The notes beneath the pieces were generated by a model. The model ran no database searches. It was not told where the DNA came from and saw nothing but the letters and a program-made list of their open reading frames with translations. DNA of 64,000 nt, from assembly GCA_051884805.1 (NCBI GenBank), contig JBJEWA010000110.1, positions 11,204-75,203 of the forward strand, written 5' to 3'. This document shows positions 31,376 through 39,310 of the stretch, in pieces. The position numbers and the translations under genes are program-made. The DNA is from Kiritimatiellia bacterium (GTDB taxonomy: Bacteria > Verrucomicrobiota > Kiritimatiellia > RFP12 > UBA1067). Within the stretch, counting starts at the first letter, position 1. Each line of letters starts with the position of its first letter.

Positions 31376-32367
31376 CGAGACTTGCCCGTCGCTTCGTGGT
31401 GCGGCTTTGTCCGCTGCTCGTCTGCGCGCACGTGTTGCTGCCGCTGCCCCTCGCCGCCGAGGGAACGGTTGCCGTCGATCCGCAGGCGGTGATGTAGCTG
31501 CTGCCGCTGGCGCTGCGCGCGGCGGAGATCTTCGAGCGAGCGTCCGCGCGCGAAGCGAGGCACCGGGCCGAACTGCAGCGGCGTGGCATCGCCGAAGTGC
31601 CGCCCAGCTGGAGCGAACGCCATGCAATTGATCTCGCCGGGCTGGGTCCGCTGGCCTTTGACGACTGGGGCGAGCTGTATGTCGATCGGCGTTTCGTCAC
31701 GGATGAGGAGCTGGCGACGGTTCGGGCCATCGAACGCTGGATCGCCAAGTGGTTTCCGTCGGAGGTCCGGCGCAGGGAAACGCCGCGAAAGGCGGCCGGA
31801 CGCTCGGGCCTGCCCGTGTTTCGCGGGTTCGAGTCCCCTCGCTATCAGCAGCATGACGAACTCATCGCCAGACTGACGGCGGCGTTCAATGCGGACAAGG
31901 CGGCGTGGTGCGGCGGCACGGCCGAACAGGCGGCGCAGATCGCCGACATCACTCCGGCCATGGTCAAGTCGCACATGATCGAAGAGTCGGGCGGCAACGA
32001 CCCCCGCTCCCTGGCGGCGTGGGCGGTCGATCCGCTGCAGGTCAACGTTCCCGGCGACTGGGGGGCGGAAAAGGAACTGGTCGGACTTGCGCGTCCGCGG
32101 CAACGCAACGAGGGCACGGCGGAGCAGAACGTGCGCGCGGCGATCAGCTATCTGTCGCGCAAGGGCTTCTCGGCCTCCGCCCGGCCGGCGCGGGAGCGTC
32201 CCAACGGCTGCTTCGACGGCTGGCCCAAGGCATACCGCCGCTACAACGGCCGCCGCGACCGTACCGACACCGACCGCTACTATTCCGACGAGTACGCCGA
32301 CAAGATTCTCCGTCGCGCCTCCAACCCCGACGAGTTCGTCCCCATCGAGATCCGCCTCGCCAAGTGA
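31372..32367 (+). pseudogene. Lytic transglycosylase (SLT)-like gene interrupted by an in-frame TAG (31495-31497) right after its signal peptide
   Basis: GTG 31372 (GTGA overlap with the upstream stop) encodes VTRLARRFVVRLCPLLVCAHVLLPLPLAAEG..., then TAG. The same frame continues into the track ORF 31597-32367, which contains MIEESGGNDP (SLT-like E-S motif). Confidence 0.6.
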
Positions 32368-32416
32368 CGGCTCGGCGGGTTCACCGGAAAAGGGGAGGGC
32401 GGGCCGGTTCGCATTT

Positions 32417-32425
32417 TGCTATAAT
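32417..32425 (+). promoter_or_regulatory. Extended -10 promoter (leaderless type) of the GH97-like gene
   Basis: TGcTATAAT at 32417-32425. ATG 32432 is exactly 7 nt after the -10. No SD. Confidence 0.5.
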
Positions 32426-32431
32426 CACGAC

Positions 32432-34231
32432 ATGAAAACATCGCTTTGCTTTTGCTGTCTGGCCTTGGCCGGCTCCTCCCTGGCGTTCACCCTCTCGTCG
32501 CCGGACGGGCGACTTTCGGCGGATCTGGCGACCGACGGCGGTTCGCTGCGGATTTCGCTCGACGGCCAGCCGGTCGTGTCCGTCACCGGCCTGCCCGCAG
32601 TCGCCGGCGAGGCCGCCCGGAGCCGGATCGACCGCACCTGGGAGAATCCGCTGGGCGAGCGGCGTACGGTGCGCGACCATGCGAACCTTGCGTCATGGCG
32701 CGGGCTGGAGCTGCGGGTGTATGACGCCGGCGTCGCCTGGAAGGCGGCGGACGACCGGGGCGAGTACGTCTTTGCCTTCGCGGAGGACGCGCGCTGCTGG
32801 CCGGTCTCCCACGCGCAGGGCAAGTACGAGCCGTTCCCGCTCTCGCGCCTCGGCGAGCAGCGCGAGATGCCCGGCTGGGCGCCCGTGGCCGCGGGCTTCG
32901 GCAAGATGTTCAACTACGATCAGCGCTACATCGTGGCGGGCAGCTGCGAGTCGCCGCTGGTCGTCGAGCCTGCGGGCGCGGTCGTCGCGCTCGGCGATGC
33001 GGCCGTCTACGGCGGCGCCCGGCTCCGTTTCGTGAAGGGCGACGCCCCGCATGCGGTGAAGAGCTATCTGGAAGGTCCGCGCGCCGGCGACGCGTCGAGC
33101 TGGAAGTACGTGCGCGTCGCGAAGACGCCCGCCGAGCTGTACGCGGGCAACGACCTGCCGCTGAACCTGTCGCAGCCCGCCGACGCGACGACCTTGGCGC
33201 GGCTGCGGCATGGCCCGGGCAAGGTCCTCCGCCTCGCGAAGCTCGACACGCAGGTCGGGCACGAGGCCGTCGATTTCATCGTGTCGCACGGGATGCAGTA
33301 CCTGGAGATCGACTGCGGCTGGTACGGTCAGGAGCATACGGGCGATCCGCTCCGGCCCGGGCTGGCGCCCGAACGGGTCGCGCGGGGCGAGCAGTTCGAT
33401 CTGCTCGACATCCTCGCGTACGCGAAGTCGAAGCGCGTGCCGGTCATTCTCTACGTGAACCGTGCGCCGCTCATGAAGAACCACGTGGCGATTCTCGACC
33501 AGCTCGCGGCCTGGGGGGTCGCGGGCGTGAAGTACGGCTTTCTCCACGTCGGCAGCGCCGAGGCGCGCGAGTGGGCGTTTACGCTCGTCCGGGCGGCGGC
33601 GGAGCGCGGGCTGCTCGTTGACATCCACGACGAGATGCGCTGCACCGGCGAGCAGCGCACCTATCCGAACCTGATGACGGTCGAGGGCATCTGCGGCAAC
33701 GAGGAGATGCCGACGGCGGACCATGACGCCGCGCTCGTCTTCACGCGTTATCTGACCGGTCCCGGCGACTACACCCCGTGCTGGCGTGTCAACCGCGTCA
33801 AGAACACCTACGCGCATCAGCTCGCGCTGCCGATCGCGTATTTCAGCCCCTGGCAGTTCCTCTACTGGTACTCGAAGCCGTCGGACATTCCGGACGATCC
33901 GGCGCTGCAGGTCTGGCGGGAGATTCCGACCGTGTGGGACGAGACGAAGGCGCTTGCGGGCGAGATCGGCCGGTATGCCGTCGTCGCGCGGCGGAGCGGC
34001 CGGCTGTGGTACGTCGGCGGCGTGAACGGCCTCGACCGCCGGACGCTTGCGGTCGATCCCGCCTTCCTCGGCGGCGGCGAATGGAAGGCGCGGATCTTTG
34101 CCGATGCCGATGCGACGCTTGCGCAGGGGCTGGGCGCGGTGGCGATTCGCGAGGTGGATGTCGCCGGACCGCTGACGATCGACTGCGCCGCCCGCGGCGG
34201 TTTCGTCATCCGCTTCGAGCCGGTTCGGTAG
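32432..34231 (+). CDS. GH97-like glycoside hydrolase
   Basis: Signal peptide MKTSLCFCCLALAGSSLA at 32432. MQYLEIDCGWYG, GVAGVKYGF and RTYPNLMTVEGICGNEE resemble GH97 (RTYPN..EG..G.E). The last 47 nt plus the stop are part of the 50-nt direct repeat. Confidence 0.8.
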   Translation: MKTSLCFCCLALAGSSLAFTLSSPDGRLSADLATDGGSLRISLDGQPVVSVTGLPAVAGEAARSRIDRTWENPLGERRTVRDHANLASWRGLELRVYDAGVAWKAADDRGEYVFAFAEDARCWPVSHAQGKYEPFPLSRLGEQREMPGWAPVAAGFGKMFNYDQRYIVAGSCESPLVVEPAGAVVALGDAAVYGGARLRFVKGDAPHAVKSYLEGPRAGDASSWKYVRVAKTPAELYAGNDLPLNLSQPADATTLARLRHGPGKVLRLAKLDTQVGHEAVDFIVSHGMQYLEIDCGWYGQEHTGDPLRPGLAPERVARGEQFDLLDILAYAKSKRVPVILYVNRAPLMKNHVAILDQLAAWGVAGVKYGFLHVGSAEAREWAFTLVRAAAERGLLVDIHDEMRCTGEQRTYPNLMTVEGICGNEEMPTADHDAALVFTRYLTGPGDYTPCWRVNRVKNTYAHQLALPIAYFSPWQFLYWYSKPSDIPDDPALQVWREIPTVWDETKALAGEIGRYAVVARRSGRLWYVGGVNGLDRRTLAVDPAFLGGGEWKARIFADADATLAQGLGAVAIREVDVAGPLTIDCAARGGFVIRFEPVR

Positions 34232-34233
34232 GG
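34184..34233. repeat. Left copy of a perfect 50-nt direct repeat (putative attL)
   Basis: tgcgccgcccgcggcggtttcgtcatccgcttcgagccggttcggtaggg is identical base-for-base to 62592-62641. Confidence 0.95.
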
Positions 34234-34272
34234 AGGAGCGCGCAACCGTCGTGCCCTCCCTCATGCGTTGGG

Positions 34273-34302
34273 TTGACAGGGTTTCCCGTTTTATGCTACA
34301 AT
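34273..34302 (+). promoter_or_regulatory. Strong sigma70-type promoter at the island's left end, reading inward
   Basis: Consensus TTGACA 34273-34278, 18-nt spacer, extended -10 TGcTACAAT 34294-34302. Predicted TSS is near 34309. Confidence 0.6.
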
Positions 34303-34330
34303 GAGGGCAAAGCGAATACGAGGATTTGGA

Positions 34331-34639
34331 ATGACGATAGCAGCTGAATATTGCAAGTCCAGCTCTACCCCCCGGGGGGGGGGGGGGGGGTATCAGCCTA
34401 AGCGCCTTTTAGACGCGCTGAAGGCTGACAGGTTTGAGTCGTCGGCGCAGGATGCTGGCGAAAGCTGCTGGTTAACGTTTTCTGATTCTGACCGGGGAAA
34501 CCGGTGGCAACGGCAAGGGGGCTGTTGGAATAAGGACGCCCGCCTTGGCGCGATTGCCTTTGCTTTTTATGTCATGGACGGGTTTCGCCATGGCATTTCC
34601 GGCGTCGGCGATTTTCATGCCGGCGATGTGCGAAGCTGA
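34331..34639 (+). CDS. Hypothetical 102-aa ORF containing the G17 tract (possible phase-variable small ORF; may be non-coding)
   Basis: GAGGA 34320-34324, then 6 nt, then ATG 34331. The G17 tract spans codons 15-20 (RGGGGG). Adding or removing 1 G gives a stop within 3-7 codons. No recognisable domain, and the composition is atypical. Confidence 0.3.
   Translation: MTIAAEYCKSSSTPRGGGGGYQPKRLLDALKADRFESSAQDAGESCWLTFSDSDRGNRWQRQGGCWNKDARLGAIAFAFYVMDGFRHGISGVGDFHAGDVRS
34368..34390. repeat. Homopolymer C6 immediately followed by G17
   Basis: Counted directly: C at 34368-34373 and G at 34374-34390. Confidence 0.95.
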
Positions 34640-34819
34640 CCCAACGCTCCCGTATGTCCGATGGCGGCAAGCGGCGGCACTCGATTTGCGGGCGCGACTG
34701 TTGCCCGGCGAACGGGTCCTCGACATCCGCCGCAAGGCCGTCACCCTGGACTGTCCGTGTTGATTACCGATTCAAACCACGACGAATAATCTCGGCGTAA
34801 GCTGCAGCAGAGGAGGAAA

Positions 34820-35506
34820 ATGAAGGTCAAAGCGACAAAAGCCCTGGGTGTTTTCACGGTTGCAACCATGTCACTCTTGTGTCTCTCGGCACAGGAAGTG
34901 CAGGTCCGCACCTACTCTGCGGCCGGCTCGGGCTCGCCGACTGGGAATCGGGTTGAGTCCAGGTTGATCGTTCCGCCGGATTCGCCGGCATTCGTCGGCG
35001 AACAGCCGTTTGCCTTTGCCGTGATGCCGATGCTGGAGGCGCCGGATCGTTCGATGGACTCGGTTCTGTTTCGGTTCAACCTTTTTGTCGGCGCCCACCG
35101 TTGCACCTACATTTTCGACCTGGGGTTGATCGGCGGCATTACGGATTACGAGATGAACGGCCTCGCGATTTCCGGCATCTTCAATCGGATTGGCACCTCT
35201 GGGGGCGCGTTTCAATTTGCCGGCATCTGCAACTGTTCGAGCCTGGACATGAACGGATGCCAGCTTGCGGCGGCCTGGAACTGGACGGGCGGTCGGTTTG
35301 CCGGGCTTCAGCTCGGGCTCATGAACAGGGGCGGGAGCCTGGACGGGCTTCAGCTCGGCGGACTCAATCTGGCCGAGCAGGGGTCTGGCGTGCAAATTGG
35401 CGTCGTCAACGTTTCCGAACGTCTTGAGGGGCTGCAGATCGGCGCTTTGAACGTCAATCGCGATTCTGCCGTGCCGGTGATGCCCGTGCTCAACTTTGCG
35501 TTCTAA
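34820..35506 (+). CDS. Secreted repeat protein with G(L/V)Q(L/I)G-x-(L/V)N repeats and aromatic C-terminus (possible outer-membrane/surface protein)
   Basis: AGGAGG at 34811-34816. Signal peptide MKVKATKALGVFTVATMSLLCLSAQE. Repeats GLQLGLMN, GLQLGGLN, GVQIGVVN, GLQIGALN. Ends VLNFAF. Confidence 0.75.
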   Translation: MKVKATKALGVFTVATMSLLCLSAQEVQVRTYSAAGSGSPTGNRVESRLIVPPDSPAFVGEQPFAFAVMPMLEAPDRSMDSVLFRFNLFVGAHRCTYIFDLGLIGGITDYEMNGLAISGIFNRIGTSGGAFQFAGICNCSSLDMNGCQLAAAWNWTGGRFAGLQLGLMNRGGSLDGLQLGGLNLAEQGSGVQIGVVNVSERLEGLQIGALNVNRDSAVPVMPVLNFAF

Positions 35507-35518
35507 AGGGGAGGTAAA

Positions 35519-35911
35519 ATGAAGTTGCGATTGCTGATGTGCGTCGCCGCATCATGTCTTGCGGGCGGATGTCTTTCGCCGAAGACGAGCGGCATGGTGG
35601 TCGAGAAGGGCAGGCTGTTCGTGCACGACCCTTCCTTCGCGCTCAATCTCGAAACCGTGCAGGACGTCCGCGAACGCACGCCGGAGGGCTTCTTGCACGT
35701 TCAGGTCACGGTCCGCAACACGAATCAGACCGATTTCCGGTGCCAGTATCGTTTCGAGTGGAAGACGAAGCAGGGGCTTGCGCAGACGCAGGCCATGACG
35801 CCGTGGCGTCCGACGGTCCTGCACGGCAAGGACGAAACCGTATTTGAGGCAACCTCGACGTTGCAGGGGGCGGAGGATTTTCGCCTGGCCATTCGCAGGG
35901 CCGCACCCTGA
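35519..35911 (+). CDS. YcfL-like (DUF1425) lipoprotein
   Basis: GGGGAGG RBS. Lipobox LAGGC. HVQVTVRNTN...QYRFEWKTKQGL parallels the YcfL core (YRFYWYD..GL). Confidence 0.7.
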   Translation: MKLRLLMCVAASCLAGGCLSPKTSGMVVEKGRLFVHDPSFALNLETVQDVRERTPEGFLHVQVTVRNTNQTDFRCQYRFEWKTKQGLAQTQAMTPWRPTVLHGKDETVFEATSTLQGAEDFRLAIRRAAP

Positions 35912-35944
35912 ACGCGGGTAAGGAAAAGCTGAAAGCAGGTCAAA

Positions 35945-37024
35945 ATGAAAAAGTCCCCAATTGCTCTCGCTGCTGTTCTCGTGGCCTTGTCGGCTTTTGC
36001 CGATCCGGTCAAGGCATTGCTGGTAGTTCAGAATCACACCGGCGCCGAATGCCTGCTCAAGCTGCCGAATCTTGCCACGCGCCTGTCGGCGGCTTTGAGC
36101 GGTGATGTCCTTGAAGTCATAGATCCGAACGATGTCATCGGTGAAGATCAGAACCGCAGTGTCAAGGGCGAGAACATGCCGCTCTCGTCCGCGACGCGAC
36201 TGGCGGAAAACCTCGGTGCGGCGGCGCTCGTTACGGCTTCGATCGACGACATTTCCGAGGTGACCGTCGGTTCGCCGGCGATTGCCCGGCAACTGACGGT
36301 CACCATGACGTTGCAGGCGAAGCGCGTCCCGTCGGGAGGCGGCACCGGCGGCGTCGAGGTGATGGCGCTCTCGCGCAAGTACACGCCGGACGACATGCGG
36401 CAGAATCAGCGCGCGATTTACGCCCAGCTCATGTCGCAGATCTGCAAGAATGCGGCGCAGCAGCTTTTGCCGCAGGTTGCGAAGGTCTCGTGGACGGCGC
36501 CGGCCCAGAAGGTCATGGTCGCTTTCGGCTGCAACTATCCCGGTGCGGACGTTTCGATTGACGGCGTGTCGTACGGCACGGCGGGCACGATCGGCGAGGC
36601 CCCGCTCCAGGTTCCCGTCTCGCCGGGGATCCACAATCTGACGGTCTCCTATCCCTTTGCGGAGCCCTATCGGGTGCAGGCGCACTTCATGCCGAACTCG
36701 ACCTATGTGATTTCCCTGCAGCCGACGGAAGAAGGCCGCCGCCGCCGCAAGGACGACGCCTACTTCGCGCAGCTTCTCGACCGCGCCGCGAAGAGCGGAG
36801 CGACGGACGATTTTTGCCGCACGGAGCGGGCCAAGGGCTACGCCAGGTATCTTGCGAGCTCGCATACGCGCATCGAAGGCATGCCCCAGGTGCTTGCGAA
36901 GTGGAATTGGGGCAATGCGAACCAGTCGCCGGAGCTTGGCCTTAAGCCGGAGCAGGGCGACGAGCAGGTCGAATCGACGGAAACGGTCCTGAAGAAGGCG
37001 GCCGAACAGGTTGAGAGGAAGTGA
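35945..37024 (+). CDS. Secreted PEGA-domain protein with LpoB/CsgG-like N-terminal region
   Basis: Signal peptide MKKSPIALAAVLVALSAFA. N-terminus ALLVVQNHTG. PEGA-like GADVSIDGVSYGTAG...GIHNLTVSYPFAEPY. Confidence 0.7.
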   Translation: MKKSPIALAAVLVALSAFADPVKALLVVQNHTGAECLLKLPNLATRLSAALSGDVLEVIDPNDVIGEDQNRSVKGENMPLSSATRLAENLGAAALVTASIDDISEVTVGSPAIARQLTVTMTLQAKRVPSGGGTGGVEVMALSRKYTPDDMRQNQRAIYAQLMSQICKNAAQQLLPQVAKVSWTAPAQKVMVAFGCNYPGADVSIDGVSYGTAGTIGEAPLQVPVSPGIHNLTVSYPFAEPYRVQAHFMPNSTYVISLQPTEEGRRRRKDDAYFAQLLDRAAKSGATDDFCRTERAKGYARYLASSHTRIEGMPQVLAKWNWGNANQSPELGLKPEQGDEQVESTETVLKKAAEQVERK

Positions 37025-37034
37025 AAGGATCAAA

Positions 37035-37652
37035 ATGAAAAAACTGCTGTTTGTCGCTGTTGCCGCCGCGCTTGCGGGGTGTGCGACGGGTCCGGGGCGC
37101 GGCTACCTCGACACTGAGGAGGACGTGTACGGCAAGTCGTCCAGGATGGAGTATTCGCAGAAGCACCGCAAGGTCGCGGAGTCGGTCGAACGGCTCCTGA
37201 CCGATCCGATGTTCACGACGAACTACGATAAGGCGCGGAAACGGGCTGCCGATGCCGGACGTGCGCTGCCGACGATATCCATCAATCCGATCGAGAACAA
37301 CACGGGTGATGGCCGTTCGGATTCGGAGGCTGCCGGTCAGCTCTATCGTGAACTGCTGACGGCCATCCGCAAGACGGGCAAGTTCGCGATGATCGACAGG
37401 ATGCGGCGCAAGCAGATGACCGCCGCCACGATTGCGGGAAACAATGCCGGGGAGGATGCCTCGGCGCTGCAGAGCGCCGGCAACTACGTCTCTGCCGATT
37501 TTGTCATGACCGGCGAGCTTCGCCGCGAGGCGACGGACGACGGACGCCGCCAGGTGTTTCATCATTTCCTCAATCTCGAGCTGATAGACTCTGCTTCCGG
37601 CGTCGTGTTCTGGAGCGATTCGATGCCGGTCGCGAAGTTTGACGCTCGCTAA
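37035..37652 (+). CDS. LpoB-like (COG3417-type) lipoprotein
   Basis: Lipobox LAGC. ISINPIENNTGDG...LLTAIRKTGKFAMIDR...SADFVMTGEL...ELIDSASGVVFW follows the LpoB/CsgG-fold pattern. Confidence 0.7.
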   Translation: MKKLLFVAVAAALAGCATGPGRGYLDTEEDVYGKSSRMEYSQKHRKVAESVERLLTDPMFTTNYDKARKRAADAGRALPTISINPIENNTGDGRSDSEAAGQLYRELLTAIRKTGKFAMIDRMRRKQMTAATIAGNNAGEDASALQSAGNYVSADFVMTGELRREATDDGRRQVFHHFLNLELIDSASGVVFWSDSMPVAKFDAR

Positions 37653-37672
37653 CCATTCCTTGGAGAACGACA

Positions 37673-38836
37673 GTGAAAATGACGGCAAAACTGCGTGCGG
37701 TGGGCGTTGTGACTCTCGGAGCCGCCCTTTGCGGATGCGAAAGCATGAAGCCCGAGGGCTTCACCTGGGAGGGCACGGGCTTCTCGTTTGACAGCAAGCG
37801 GCAGTTGAGCGAGCCGGTGCGTGCGGGCGAATTCGCAACCTTCTCGTTCCCGGAGTTGCGCCGCATCGAGGAGGTGCCCGCCCAGATCGTGTTTTCGGAC
37901 GACATTGAGAACGTCTTCATCAACAAGCGCATGCTGTGGGGCACGTCCGAGACGGTCGCGTCGGTTCCGGTGTCGACGCTGGTGCGCCGGCAGTTCACGC
38001 AGGCGGTTTCCGAGCACTTCCATCCGCTTGTCGGCGATCAGCAGCCGGCCATCCGCGTCTTTGTCGACATCCTCGGCATCATCCTGACGAGGGAAGAGGG
38101 CACGGTCAAGAGCCAGGCCACGATGCGCATCACGATTCGGGACGTGGCCAAGGACGCGATTTGCCACGAGAAGATCTACCGCGGCAAGTCGGAAATGCCG
38201 TGGGACGGAGGGGCCCTGATTCCCGACTCCGTGTACAGGTGCATTCAGGAAGTCGCGGCGGAGTTCCTGCGGGATATTGCGAAGGACCGGACGCTGATTG
38301 CGCGACTGGAGGGCGTGACCCCCGATGCGAAGACGATCCGGAAGCCCTCCTTCCGGCGGCTGGACATCAAGCCGAAGAACGACGCCGGAGTCATTCAGGG
38401 CGCCTGCGTTCTCGCCTGTAACGATTGGGACGAGTGCCGTGCGGCGAACTGGATGCGCGCGCAGCTCGAACGCCGTTCCGAGAACCAGCTGGGCATAGAG
38501 GCGTCGCGGGTGCGGGTAATCTACGAGTCCAGTTCGTACGACGGCGAAAAGAAGGAGTGGAGCGTTTCCTTCTCGGCGTTCGCGCGTTCGGAAATGGTGC
38601 TTGATTACGACGCGACGACCAAATCCGGCACGTGCATCGTGGACTTCGGGCTGATGGGCACGACTGCGGAGAAGGCGGCCGAGGCGCTTAAGAATTATGT
38701 GATGCAGGAGATGGACAAGCGGGCGGGCGCCCAGCAGACCGGGACGGAGGGCGCCAAGGCACAGGTGCGCTTCGACGACTTCAAGACCGATCAGCGCTAT
38801 TCGCTGTCCTACTGCGCGTTCCATGCCGTTTACTGA
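37673..38836 (+). CDS. Lipoprotein of unknown function
   Basis: GGAG at 37662-37665 before GTG 37673 (alternative ATG 37679). Lipobox GAALCGC. 387 aa with no recognisable domain. Confidence 0.7.
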   Translation: MKMTAKLRAVGVVTLGAALCGCESMKPEGFTWEGTGFSFDSKRQLSEPVRAGEFATFSFPELRRIEEVPAQIVFSDDIENVFINKRMLWGTSETVASVPVSTLVRRQFTQAVSEHFHPLVGDQQPAIRVFVDILGIILTREEGTVKSQATMRITIRDVAKDAICHEKIYRGKSEMPWDGGALIPDSVYRCIQEVAAEFLRDIAKDRTLIARLEGVTPDAKTIRKPSFRRLDIKPKNDAGVIQGACVLACNDWDECRAANWMRAQLERRSENQLGIEASRVRVIYESSSYDGEKKEWSVSFSAFARSEMVLDYDATTKSGTCIVDFGLMGTTAEKAAEALKNYVMQEMDKRAGAQQTGTEGAKAQVRFDDFKTDQRYSLSYCAFHAVY

Positions 38837-38877
38837 TTTCTCCCGATTTGGCGGGAGAACACAAAAGGAGACACAAA

Positions 38878-39228
38878 ATGAAGAAAATCATTGGCTTCGC
38901 GGCGGTTGCCGCAGCCGCGATGGTAATGACAGGCTGCACGACGTCACCTCAGAACTTTTCTGAAGCATCGTTGCCCGTTGAACAAGGGAAATACACTGTG
39001 GTTGGCGAGGAGGTTGAGGGCACTGATTCGCAGCTGATGGTCTTGGGTTATGGTGTTGGTCTGCCGGGTTCGCCGCAGCGTCGCGCACTCAAGAATGCGT
39101 TGGACAAGGCATCAGGAGCCGATGGCTTGGTCAGCATGGCCGTCGATTATCAGTTGCTCAACCTGTATATCGTACAGGTTTTGACTACGCGCATCACGGG
39201 CACGCCCATCAAGACGAACAACAAGTGA
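38878..39228 (+). CDS. Small lipoprotein (possibly TRL-like)
   Basis: AAGGAG at 38864-38869. MKKIIGFAAVAAAAMVMTGC lipobox. 116 aa. Confidence 0.7.
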   Translation: MKKIIGFAAVAAAAMVMTGCTTSPQNFSEASLPVEQGKYTVVGEEVEGTDSQLMVLGYGVGLPGSPQRRALKNALDKASGADGLVSMAVDYQLLNLYIVQVLTTRITGTPIKTNNK

Positions 39229-39238
39229 TGTGCGTTAA

Positions 39239-39272
39239 GCCCCGCCGGATCGATTTCCTCATCTGGCGGGGC
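39239..39272 (+). terminator. Hairpin after the small lipoprotein gene (possible intrinsic terminator/attenuator, no U-tract)
   Basis: GCCCCGCC 39239-39246 pairs with GGCGGGGC 39265-39272, with inner GAT/ATC pairing. Confidence 0.35.
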
Positions 39273-39310
39273 GTGCCTGCACGGACAATGATCGAGGGGA
39301 GAAAAGCAGC

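Noticed and set aside
31824-31837. A 14-nt exact match (cgggttcgagtccc) between the tRNA-Leu T-arm (30763-30776) and the inside of the SLT-like gene, considered as a possible att remnant of a tRNA-targeting element.
   Set aside because: The match is short and lies inside a coding region (FRGFESP). It would delimit only ~1 kb with no mobility genes, and the flanking bases diverge immediately. It is most likely chance in GC-rich sequence.
34231-34260. A GGGAGG...CCTCCC hairpin after the GH97-like stop, considered as an intrinsic terminator.
   Set aside because: It has a 6-bp stem, an 18-nt loop and no U-tract, which is too weak to call.
34309-34819. Assigning the island leader to a known RNA family (c-di-GMP riboswitch because of GGGCAAAGCG / GCAAGUCCAGC, or tmRNA because of GGGGCUGUUGG).
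   Set aside because: Only fragmentary resemblance. The conserved cores are absent: the GEMM tetraloop/receptor architecture and the tmRNA tRNA-like ends with CCA and a tag ORF. The region is kept only as an unclassified structured-leader candidate pending a covariance-model scan.
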